DNA of 51,707 nucleotides, the filler included, from Jimgerdemannia flammicorona (lineage: Eukaryota): assembly GCA_003990765.1 (NCBI GenBank). It is 2 parts of 2 records of this genome, joined end to end, with 100 filler letters (N's around TTAATTAATTAA, not from the genome) between each part and the next. Parts side by side here need not be neighbours in the genome. Positions count along the whole stretch, not along the records: positions 25,910 to 51,707 come from RBNJ01000791.1; 1 more part is not named here. The stretch is one strand, 5' to 3'. Positions 25,927-37,762 of this stretch are shown in pieces; the stretch's first letter is position 1, and each line of letters starts with the position of its first letter. The notes under the pieces were generated by a model. The model worked only from the letters and a program-made list of their open reading frames with translations. It did no database searches and was not told the origin of the DNA. The translations under genes were made by a program, and so were the position numbers.

Positions 25927-26632
25927 CCTGCAGTTTGTATTTTCTGCTGTTCTAGTTGTGCTTGAAGTTCTTGGATTTGATAGGCCATAGCATTGATCAT
26001 ATCTTCTATGTTGAGCTGTAATCCTTCTACTTCTTTTGTAGCAGAGGGGTCTGGCTGGTAGACTGACTCTTTGTGGCTCATTTCAGATTCATATGACTAG
26101 TTGTGACTGGTTTCTGAATTCATGTGAGGTTTCTTAATAAGGTAAGGTATAATGACACTGCTGCTACCAAGTATAACAGTTCTAGTTTCTTTAAGAGGAA
26201 GTGGCTAAATCTGGAAGTTCTAGTTGGTCTAAAGTATTGAAGAGATACTTAAAGATTCAAGTATTCTTGAAGGATTTCCATGAGAAAATATTCTGAGCTT
26301 TATTCAGGCAGAGAACAAGGATATTTATACATAATCTGAAAGAAAGATCCAGAAGAATCTTGGAAGAAAGAGAAATACCAAGAAATAGGTTCTCAGCAAA
26401 GCTGACAAATACAATTCTACAATGTTCCAAAAGGTTCCATGACTAGCTAAGATAAGATACTTGGTACCAAGAAAAGATAAGAATGTTCTAGTAGTGTCTG
26501 GGCACCTAGAGAAGGTTTCTAAGCAAGTAGAAGGTGACAGAACATAGTAGAATGTTCAAGAAATGACAAGAAAAGACTAACTAAAAGATGTGAAAATGTA
26601 CTAAGACTAAATATAACTGTGAAATTGTTATA
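25927..26632 (-). mobile_element. Family B copy B2: 5' LTR (26632-26172), PBS and gag start, truncated at the gap
   Basis: Reverse-complement match to 18156-18845; MSHKESVYQPDPSATKEVEGLQLNIEDM. Confidence 0.93.
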
Positions 26633-28632
26633 GTGCATAGGAACAGACTCAAGAAGTACTACAAACCTATATAAGAGAAGCAAAACATAATGATCACCTG
26701 TAAGGTTCTAGTCTGAAAATCATAACAGTATATCCTATAACCAGCAGACAATCTGTTTGGATCATTCTTTAAGGGATATGGTATCAGCAACTACTTATTT
26801 ATGAGACTTTTGAAGCCAGAAGAGTTCAAACCATCAACTGATTGGTCAAGATCAGAATCAGGCCCTTGCTCTATATGAAGATAGCAACTCTTCACCATCA
26901 TACCAAAATACATAGGGAAGACATTAGCCCATAAATACCACTTTTTAACCCCCTGCCAGAGGTTATGGGATTAGCAAATTTTTCAGGACTAGATCAATGA
27001 ATAAGGATATTCAAGAAGATCCTTATTCAGAAGGAAGATATAATGGTGATCTTAGAATAATGACATCAGTACAGAAGACAGCCTTTCCTTACAAGTCATC
27101 AGATCAGAGCACAAGAAGATTATATGGCATAACTTACCCAGGCTACAAGATGAGCAATGATGACTAACTATGAGTCATTGGGACTACAAAACAGATATCT
27201 CAAGGAATATAAAAGAAGGATCAAGGAACCACAGTAGCAGTAACTCAACAAGACCCACTAATTCTGAAATAGCTCAAAGACTTACCATAAACAAAATGTC
27301 TGCTGCTCACCAAACCTCAAGGTTAAGAAACCACCAAGGTCTCTCAGTCTAGAAAAGAATGTTTCAAGATATCTGAAGAGCTATAAGGACCTGCACCACA
27401 AGGACTCCTAGTGTCAATCTAGGTACTGGTGACCCTTATCATTATATTCTCTATCACTATAAGATGGAAACAAGAATCACCATTGCTACCAAATATCTCC
27501 AGATGTAGCAAAAATACAAAATAGGAAACATTATCTGTCAGGAATTCCCTCAAGCCAGCCCTCAAGAGTTACAAGATACCACTTCTATAGATATATATAA
27601 AATAAGAATAGCCAAAAAGATTTATCAGATCTTCAGGTATACACTATAGTCGATCTCCAACTTAGAGTATACCAGAGTCTCAGACTTCAGGGATCTGTCA
27701 GTCCACTGTATCAATATACTAGAAGCCATTGTGGCTACAGAAGCCCCATCCACTATTACTCTCAATAGTGATGAGATAAAAGAGTTCTGGTATCCTATTC
27801 TCCAGGACAACTCAGATCAATTTCTACAAGGATTGATCTCAGTATTCCAAGACCCAAGTATCTAGATTAGACCTCTCCAAGACCTCACATTTGTCTCTTA
27901 TTTTGTAAAAGATGACCTTATAGACTGGAGAGCCTCTGATCTCCTTGCTCTACCTATTACCAAATGTGATGACATCATTGGTGATGATGTCATCCTGCAC
28001 AACATATGCAAAATATACAATGAAGTATGTGAAATAGATGAAACATTCACAGACCTCATCTTCTTTGAGGATAGTGATGAGAGTGAAGCCCCCATAGTCC
28101 TGAACTTTCTGCTCTGAGTTCTTAGTGACACTGAATTCTGCTAGTATCCTTTTTTTGTATACATAACAGTTAATCCTTCTACTAGCATTCTGATCCTGTG
28201 TGACTCTGAATTCTTCTAGCATCCTTTTCCTATACAATCAAAATTCTACCAGTACTTTGAACTTATACAATTATCTATATCAATACTGAAATCTGTACCA
28301 ATAACTATAGTTTTTTATGTTCCAGTATTTTATTTAATTATTGGAATTTATATTTAGCTTTATATCTTAGCAATCATTGAATTATATTATATATAAATAT
28401 CCCTCTTATTTTCTTCAAAATAAAGTCAGTTCCTCTCAGTATAATATATACAATTCCTTGTAGGCAATCTAAAGAGATAATAAGACAGTTTAAAGATAAG
28501 AAGTTTGAGGACTATAAGACCTTGGGAAGGCACTCTAATAAGAACTTACTTATAACAAACTTGAGTAGTCTAAGAAATACACCTTGAAGAGAATTTGACA
28601 TATTTGAAGGACTCAGCAACCACTATATGATA
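26633..28632 (+). mobile_element. Family C 3' end (copy C2): integrase tail, PPT and ~1594-bp LTR (27039-28632)
   Basis: VHRNRLKKYY integrase end at 26633; PPT agaaggaaga, then tataatggtga (tgtaatagtga in copy C3 at 51053); similarity to C1 ends at ..atgata (28632). Confidence 0.88.
27296..28117 (+). pseudogene. ORF inside the family C LTR (~273 aa, 5 in-frame stops, no frameshift), homologous to A ORF3
   Basis: Four of the five stops are sense codons in copy C3. Indels versus C1 in the 3' third are 15, 9, 3 and 30 nt. tataaaag lies ~85 nt upstream in all three copies. Confidence 0.8.
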
Positions 28633-29485
28633 GTATATATATTTTGACACCCTGTCAATCCTGAGCATAGTTGTAATATACTTACTATACTCTGTCTTTC
28701 AATTATATTTTAGAATCTTATAGAATGAGAATATATCTATGGTAATCCCATCTGGACTCTTTTTTTTTTTTTATTTTATTTTTTTATTTTTATTATGCAT
28801 TACCAATTTTTGTACTACATTTATAAATATGTACAAACCTTGCATATCATCCTGTAATATAATCTTATATAGTTTGAAATATATTTCCACTTCTCTTACT
28901 CTCTCCCTTGAATCTCTCTCAGGATCCTAATATTTCATCAATACTTATATCTTATATTCAGTTTTTCTTTTCCTTTTTTTGTCTAGAAAGAGCATTGAAA
29001 ACTTTATTATGGTCAAGTGATATAGAGGTTCTCTTTATTCAAAGTATATCATCTCTATCTATATAAATATATTAGGTTTGATTATATTATTATTAACTAG
29101 ATTATATAATTTAGATTCTATAATAGAATAAATCTTTCAATCTGATAATTAGCTTGAAGTTATTATATTTATCTAAACTAAGACCCATAAAGGACATATA
29201 TTATAATTATCTCTTCATTTCCAAAAATGTCTAGGTTATTTATATATTGTGACGTATGGTATGAAATAGAAACAGGAAATAGACATTTGATCGTAGTACC
29301 TAAATCCGATTTCCAATTTAGTATAGTCTTTTACTGCGGACACTGCATCTAAAACATTATCAGTGAAACTCTTGTTACTTTCACGAATTTCAGATAGGAT
29401 TTCACATGAGATTCTACCTGAGAATTTCACATGAAAAGACTTAATACTTAGCCGCATATTTAGTAGCAGAATTAGCACACAAATC

Positions 29486-29719
29486 TGTATAAATAACTCA
29501 GTATTTTAGAGTGAATAAACCTCAGTCAGAACGAGTCAGATCGAAATAGTTCAAAGCAAAGAGATAGCAAAGGAACTAGTAAGTCTGTGGGCAGATACAC
29601 TTCAAACTCACCCACCCTTCCCCTGCCACTTCAAGAGACTCTTCGAGAGTCAGAACAGTCAAGTTTTCAAGATACAGAAATCCAACATACTTTCAAGAGT
29701 AAGCATCCGCTATGTTACA
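29486..29719 (+). repeat. 5'-truncated family A LTR fragment
   Basis: Matches the 3' half of the A1 LTR and ends ctatgttaca; no PBS follows. Confidence 0.9.
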
Positions 29720-30097
29720 ATATAATAATCATAAACTGATGATAATACTAATTTTTAATTATCTATAGTATCATGAAGAGAGGTTGATTTTATTGAAAAT
29801 ATATAAGTTATATATTTTATATATTACTAATGAATGATATAAAACTGATGAAATGGTATAATCATATTGAGTTGTCAACTCAACACTCTTGCCCAATGAG
29901 ATATATAACTCAAAAAAAAGAGACTGTAATTTGGTAGTAAAAAAATAAAAAACAATACTATATATGCAAAAACTGGAACTGTATATAACTCAGAATTACT
30001 ATTATAAAATCCTATATCTAAGGAATTTTTTGTAGGTTAAAAAGTGTTCTAAAATATCCAAAATATCTGACATATCTACAAAATACAATATATGTAC

Positions 30098-33000
30098 CTC
30101 CTTTGCCCCCTTGTCCCCAATCGAATTTCCAGACCAGTCCAATGAGGTGAGAGGAAGATGGAGGGAGTGAATCGGAACAGAAAAGACAGAATTACACCCT
30201 TGGAGATCGATTTGTCGCAAAAATGGTTGAGTAAAGAGTAGAGCTATGTCAAGAGTTTTCAAGTTGCTATTATGAGTCAGGATTACTTCCATCAACTTTG
30301 TGTTATCCAGTTGGAGACACTGGAGGACTGGACAGTTGGGCAGATCCAACCTTTCAAGTAGAGGGGTCTGCAGCTGAATTTCTTGTCGATTGGCACACTC
30401 TTTCATTACCAGACGTTTGAGGGATGGAAAGTAAGCTGGAAAAACCTGAGATGACGTGACATCAAGAGACGTGAGAGATTTGATCCAGGGAGGGTTTTCG
30501 ACATGGCCTACGAAGGTAAGTTGTGGGCAACAACTCAAGTTCAAATACTCCAGGAAATCACCGCAGGCATTGTGAAGCGCTTTAAACCCTGAATTGTTGA
30601 AGGCTTGAGCGCCGCGTAAATCGACACTGGTGATGTGGTGCTTGCGGCCTTGAAAAGCTAAGGTGTTGAAATGTTCTTTTGTCAGATAGCGGCTATTGAC
30701 AAACTCCAGACTCGTGTGTGGAGTCTTGTCATCAAAGAGGACGTTGAGAATATTTTTCTCCTCCTCCGGAGTATGGATGGTCATATCCCACTTTTTGTCC
30801 AGCACCCACCCTCCTTCTAAACGCCTTATAAGAGCCTCGTTTTCGGCTTTAATGTTTTGACGCAAGTCCTGAAATCTATCCAAGGCTTCATGAGGACCAG
30901 TACAAAGCAATTTCCGCCTTTCATGATCTGCAATAAGTGCATATGCATCAATCTCAAGGATATTCAGTATCTCTTTGGTATTGATTGAAGAGATGGCATC
31001 CCTTGTATTACGTCGTTGATAGAGGCTTTTAGTCACGCTACAAAACCTGCCCTTCAATGTTAGCCCTTGATCAAGAACTTTGCCATAGCTCTTGGCAACA
31101 TAAGGCTCAAGCTTGCTAAGAAGTTCGATGTGGGTGAGGTGTGGATTTTGCAAAACTTCCCTTTGCAAACGATGAGCCTTGCGATAAAGATTTTCCATAG
31201 AGAGTAAAGGTAGTGGAAGGCGCAATATTGTTCCTTTATGAAACAGTTGTTGACGTTGATCTGCAGTGCAAAGCTTTTGATAGGCCATTTCAACGGTTTC
31301 CAGCTCTTTCATCCAGGCGGTTAAAAATTTATCGATTTCCAATGTGTGAATCTGCTCTCTTACAACTGAGGGGAGTGGATCGCGCATCTGTGATAGACAA
31401 AATACCAAAGTTTTGGCTTGTAACTGAGGGATTACCTTAGAGGGAGCACCAACACCTTTGCCTTGATAAAGGACGCCAGGCAGAAAAGCATGATCGTTGT
31501 CGATGGGAATGCAACGCCGCCTGTCAGCACTGAGGATAAAGTTGTCTTCCTTGCTATCTTCAGGATTGAGCAGCATGGAAGCGACAATCAGTCGGCTTGT
31601 GAACACTGGATCCAGGCGGGTAAAGATGTCGTCGTTTTCCCAGACTGTATGAAGAACATTTCCCCTAACGGCTTGGTTTACGAGGACAGGATACGGTCCT
31701 TTCTTGGGGTCATGAAACATAAAGAGCTCGCAAAAAGGTATGCCCTGGAGGCTCCAGCCACGTAAAAAGCGAGTGACGGCATATTCATAGCCTGGAAGTT
31801 CTGGATAAGCTTTGAAGAAGAGTTCTGGGGTATCTTGCGGATAAAAAGGTAACAGTGCTGCGTCCTGTGAGTGTTGTATCACCTTGGAATTGTCCTTTTT
31901 TATTCAATATGCGCTTGCTGAGGTTCGAGTTGAGGTGGCGCTCCCCCGGAAATGCGCCTTTTACGGTCAAAAATGGTTCGTCCTCTGGAGCAGGGCCACG
32001 CGGCAAGGCTTTAGCGATGGTGAGGCGCCATGCGAGTTCAGGGTTGTGTGGCAGGAAGGGGTCAAACATCCGGGTCGAAACCGCCGCGATGTCGGCGCCA
32101 TATTGGACTGGATGGTTGCGCATGTGATGCTGGGCGTCTTCCCAAAGGTTTTCCGCGAGCTCGGCATTGTTGAGGTTGAAAAATCCCTCACTTTGTAAGA
32201 GGTAGAGGTCTTGGAATAGACGGCCAAAGGCAAAAACATTTGTGGAAAATTGCTGCGCATAATTCTCCAAAACATGATCAACCATGGGAAACTTGTCAAT
32301 TGTGAGAGAGGGCAAAAATATTTCTTTGAATCGAGCAGGGTCTTCGTTCTGCACTTGAGAGGTGGCCGATTCCAGCAACTGCTTCACTGTAGTGCCATCG
32401 GAGAGATTCCAACCGTCATTGAGGAGAGATACAATCTTCAAATCACCATGATAGAGATGGTCGAGCGCCTCCGTAGGAGATGGCAATTTCTTTCGGAGTT
32501 CGGTGTAATAGTGGCCGAGCAACGGATCGATCGCGTTGAAGAGATCTTGTGGAGTGGTAACTGGGTTTGCCAACACTTGCTTGAGCTTCTCCAGAATCCC
32601 GCGCAGTGTCAAGGGCATTTTGAAGGGTAATCCTAGATCATTCCAGAGGTCATCCATCTCGTTTGCCGCCAGAGGAGGGTGGCCATGAATTAAGGTGGAA
32701 AGAATAGTCTTTTTGAGAGTTGAGTATTCTTGATTCTTGACTATCAAGGTATTGGCCCAGGCCAGGAGGACAGCTTCCGGCACTAGGTTTTTGAAGGCAA
32801 TACGAGTTTTTTGAGGAATGGCGTGATCCATCAACGGTAAGAGGTAGAGAAGAGATTTGTTGTTGACACGGCCGTGTTGAATACTAGGAGCGAACACTTC
32901 CTCGTTATCAATGCTGACCAGACTACTTGTGGAGGATTCATAGATGAAGTTGTCAGGTTTGCCGTCGGATGGTTGTGTCAGTAGGGCACCAACGACTTGC

Positions 33001-33971
33001 CGGGCATATAGATCAACATCAAGAGAGGCCAAGATGTTCTTCCCTTCGTCCTCAATTTGCAAGATCTCTTCAGCCGTCTGCCCTGGAATCGCTTTAGAAG
33101 CTAGCAGTATACAAGGTTCTGTGTTTTCTGCATCGAAAGCCGGAACGAGGACTACCAGGGTGGTGGCGGGCATGGGAATGTCTAATAGCTGATAGAGGCT
33201 GTGGGCGAGAGTGTTGTTGCCCGGCCGTATAGGGGGAAAGCCATTTGCTTTAAAATATATATTTGCGGTATGTCGATCGTCTTTGGGAAGGAAGCTGACG
33301 GGATGATTGCCGGTATGGACTGGCCCATGGCATATGTGATCGGCAATTTTTTGAGTCACCCTGTAAAATTTCCAGAGCGAAAAACCCTCCCCCATCATCA
33401 GGGTTTTGTGAGCAAGCAGCTCACGCAAAAAATGATTCCGGTCGTACTTTTGGTCTTTGCCTGCGGCGCTAAACTCCTGCATTGCATGGATGACACGCCG
33501 TTTGTAGTTTTCGTAAAAGGTTTTGGTCTGCTCCAGAGCCTGGATCTCGGCGTAGTTCTTAAGGGCTTTTTGGAAATCGGCGATGGTGGCAATATACTGA
33601 TTCAACTTGTGGAACTCCTGGCCTTCTCCAATCGTTGCATTTTTCATGGATTCATCAATCTAGCTATGTCTTTTCGGCATGAGAGCCTCAGGGGGTATAG
33701 GACCGTCCTTGAAAAGGAAATTCCACAGACCCAATAACTCGCCGTCCATTCGAATATGATTGCAGAGGGTTTCGAAGAGGGCATAGTGGACCTGACGGGG
33801 CACATCGGGCTCGGCTTGGGTGACTTGGAGGATTTTGTCGGTCAAAGAGTCGGGGTTCGGCGCAGCGGACTCGGGGGATAAAAACCCTAAAAAGCGGGAC
33901 TGATCTTCAGGCGTAAGGTGCCGTTGGGCACCGGGCTCTCGATCCTGAGGAATTCGCTCTTCACGATTCAT
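30098..33971 (-). pseudogene. Intronless ~1290-codon protein with two tandem PI3/4-kinase/HipA-like domains and C-terminal LRRs; in-frame TAG at 33660-33662 and +1 frameshift at 31843-31847
   Basis: Kinase 1: IYFK..LLTQPSDGKPDNFI..LVSIDNE. Kinase 2: LFFK..LLNPEDSKEDNFI..IPIDND. LRRs: LEYLNLSCC, LERLDLPNC, LTSLDWSGNSIGDKGAKE. The three provided ORFs join across one stop and one extra T. Confidence 0.82.
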
Positions 33972-36900
33972 TGTGTGGTGTGGTCTGGCGTGACGATGAC
34001 TGAAAATGAGATGTCCAGTTTCCCTTCGAACATCCTTTTATTGGAAGGCTGAGCACGAAATATTTCAAATTCGTAACTGCCAAATTAAGGACCAAAGGAA
34101 TCGGGGACTCAAGGTCACTGGTCAGATCGCTTACAAAACATTTGAGCAACCTTGGGATGCTGCGACAAACTGAATATATCCATTGCTGTGAACTCAATTT
34201 TGTGGGGCAAAGATACAAGTCATGTTGTTCACATCGATGTTCAATTCCTTGGAGGCTATTTTGTGCCAAATATCTTACACGGCAAACCGACCTTCAGCAC
34301 GTTGTATAAATTGGCGGGGTATCCTTCCAAGCCAAGGATTTGAGCTCGGTGGTATGTGTCACATTTGTCTACACGCCCTACACTGAAGCGTAGTTTCACC
34401 GGGCACGTGCCCTTACTACATTCACGTCTAAGCCTCCTGGTCTCGCTATGCAGCTTTGGAGTAGGCGTTTGCTTCAACCTGAACCATCTTACTCGTGGCT
34501 CCATTTGACAACCCCACCCTCAAGCGCGCCATACGCAGCACCATTGAGATCAACCTCTGTTCCTAGGATAGAGGTATGTTCATCCCGTTTTTCGACGATC
34601 GAAGATAAAGGACGGATTGGAGAAGTATGTGAGTCTTAATTCCGATACTCTGAACGATTTATTCGCCATCATGTAACCACGTTTCCTTGGCAGGCGCCAC
34701 TCAACTTTCGCGAACCGTGGATAAAGGGTTGTGAGCGGTAGGTAGGTGAAGCCTTTTATTATTATGGGGGGGTTATTGGAGTGGAACGGAGAAGAAGAGT
34801 GTAATGAATGGGTAGAGGTGGATCGAACCGGCCCGGCGACTTGCACATCTCGCAAAACCATACACCCTTTTTGTCCTCTCCATTCCCACGACTCTACATA
34901 AGCGCAGGATGATTCTGTCCCAATCAATGCTGTCCTTTCTACTTTCTATCATCCCGAAGTTCTATCATCCCGAAGCTTAACGTCCTCCTTCACCGTCCGT
35001 GACTAGAACTACAAGCAAACTCGCCTCTTCTAGTGTTAATGTCGTATCCCGGTCGGCGCCCATATATTATGCAACAACTGCGGTTGGCTTGACGCGCACG
35101 GGCGAGTCAACACAGATAGGAGGGAGCGAGACGAGCAGGGCAGATATTGTAACACCAGCAGTCGCGTGTGGTTAAAGGGGCCACGTTTGTGAAGGTGGCG
35201 TTGTGGTTAGAGAAAGACGATTTTAGGCAAGAATATTATTTCATTTTATGTTACTTCTTTATTAATAAAAATAGATAACCTCCGATCATCAGCTGCACCC
35301 GTATTCGCAACTGTACACCCGAACCTGATTTGTCTTGCCGTTCCGCCACTTGCTGAACGCAATAAATGTCGGTTGTCTGACAAAATCCCTTTCCCTTTAG
35401 TTTTTCTCACCAGACCGTTCTGCATAATCTTAACAGACACTGCTCTGCATTCACGTCGTTGTTTAGGATATGGTTTACTGGATATTCTGCTAGTGCGTGT
35501 AACGGCCCGGTCTGGAGTGAAACGGTGAATAAATCCAACGGAGTTGAAAACGGTTTGGATTTGACGGTAGTGCATATTGCCGTTGCTGGTATTGCTACCC
35601 AATGGATCGCTAGTGGGTGGGGGTCAAATTCATCAGTTGTATACAAGAAGATAGTTGGGGTAACATCAATATTCTTATGATAAATAATGGAAAGAAAGCA
35701 TAGAGAGTGAGTCTTTGCGAATTTGCGTCTACGGATGATGCAGTGAAAATCATGCTTGAACGTTTGAGGTGGGATGAAAATCAGAATTTGCAAACGATGA
35801 AAGCAACGACATTACAAGACACTATAGCAATGGTTACAATACTGATGCAACTGAAAATATTCCACAAGTATATATCCTGATTCCTGATTACAGGGACGTC
35901 GGTCTCCCAGGATGTTGCAACTCTTTTTCAGATGGGTGAGATGCTTTACGGATTGAGAGGACGAATTTTGGTCTGTATCTTATGCATGTGGCGGTGGTCT
36001 CTGGAAGCTAACAGAGAATTTGAGTTCCAAATAAAATTCAATTTTTTTTTTAAAAAAAAAAAAACCTCTTCAGTGAGTTCAAATATCGTGATATTTGCCG
36101 ACATTTTAATTCGAAATTCTGGGCCCAAATAGCAAGTTGAGATATAATATTCATGGTGAAGATACCGTGCAAGCGAGACGATGAACGTACGGGCAGTTCT
36201 TCGGTAAGGGAGGTTGTGGGTGGAGGAATCGGGTGGTTGCAGGGTATTTGTAGAATTTTTTTTTTTTTTTTGCTTGTATGTATATAATATCCTGCATGGA
36301 TATGTATGATAATTACGTATCCTTTCGATATACAGAACCTTGTACCACCGGAAGAGTGACACGTCAGATAGGCTTACTTATTTTTACCACAATTTTCGCA
36401 TTACTCGAACTGTTCGCAAAAATGCGGGCTCACAGTTCCTGCGAGGAATGGCAATAGACACATTGTAATTGGCGAGGGTGATGGCACCAAACCAAGCGCG
36501 ACCTTGATGACTCTTATCGTTGCAGAATGTGCCATCGCATGATGAAAGACATGGAAGTCATCGAATGAGGAAGACATCCAAACTGTGGGTGGGGCACTGG
36601 GGGGGGGGGGCTACTGTTGTAATAGGGATGGCTGTAAGAGAAGGAATGGGATGGTAAGGCTAATTGATCGATGCGGACATGTATCGATTCGGGGAACCGA
36701 TTCGATCGAGCGAGCAAGTGTCTTTTCAAATTCTCCTTGTCAAAAAGTGCTCCAAGCATGACAGGATGGGATAATATTTGTCTCATCTTGATCTTATCTC
36801 ATTCCAGTCTTGATCGAGAACGTGATAATATCATCCCAGTTTTGGGTGAGACTGAGGTGCCACCATTTCTGTCATTAGGAAATGTATCAAGCATTTCAAA

Positions 36901-37762
36901 TTCTGGCGTGCTATGTGATCCTGTTCCGTTTATAAAAGGTGGAAAAATAAGCGACCGCATTATCATGAAAAGGCAACATCCTTATCAACCACGTGCACGA
37001 GTTGGTCACATCGCAGGTTTCAACACTTGAACACTCCTCCACCTTGGTGCCACCGTTACAGCAAAAGCCGAAAGCCAAGACCTCCGTATTTTTGCAGATT
37101 GGACTCAGAAAGCCATCAGCCGTCAAGCGGGATGCTCCGGCCTCCGAATACCGATCTAGCAACTACAACTCGGACAGAGCCAGGTTGTTCACGACGAGCT
37201 CAGAGGTGTGTCTTTGAGAGAGTCTGCATAAAAAAACAATGAGAGGACGATAATGAAGGCAAATATAAAGATAGATGTGTAAGTATATCTATAGAAGTCT
37301 TAGAGAGCGCACGCGTCTACCTTGGGATTTGCATTTTTGTTAGAACTGATGGTCTTTCTACATCTCTACACATTCCGAATGTTTGAATATATTGACTACT
37401 CTTTTTTTTTTGTTAATTTTTTTTACTGATATCCAAAACATTGCACCCATCAGATCGGAAGTGTTCGCGTGACCTATCTTTTCGCATATAGACATTTTGT
37501 CTTCAGTCTTGTGATGCACAGATCATAAATTTCAAAGCAAACATTAAAGCCGCGACCCTCACTTTCAAGGCAAAAAAATATCAGAAGTTACAATAAACTG
37601 TTCAGAAATTCCAGCCCTCAATGGAAAAATACCGATCTAACACATTAAACCAAATTCACTATACCATGGTAGTGGAGAAAATTCTAATTCCACCTATTGT
37701 TCAGAACTTTCCTGAGTCTTTTAACCTTTATCACTCCCTCACAACTATCAATACTACATATG

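Noticed and set aside
25854..26081. 75-aa ORF crossing the N run
   Set aside because: It is the family B gag start running into poly-T and the artificial linker.
30002..30097. C-terminal tail VHILYFVDMS.. of the 626-aa ORF as real protein
   Set aside because: It begins at a GT donor-like site, is AT-rich and breaks the LRR pattern; likely read-through.
31213..33737. Plus-strand ORFs (e.g. 33201-33737, 32250-32630)
   Set aside because: Antisense shadows of the kinase-LRR gene with no motifs.
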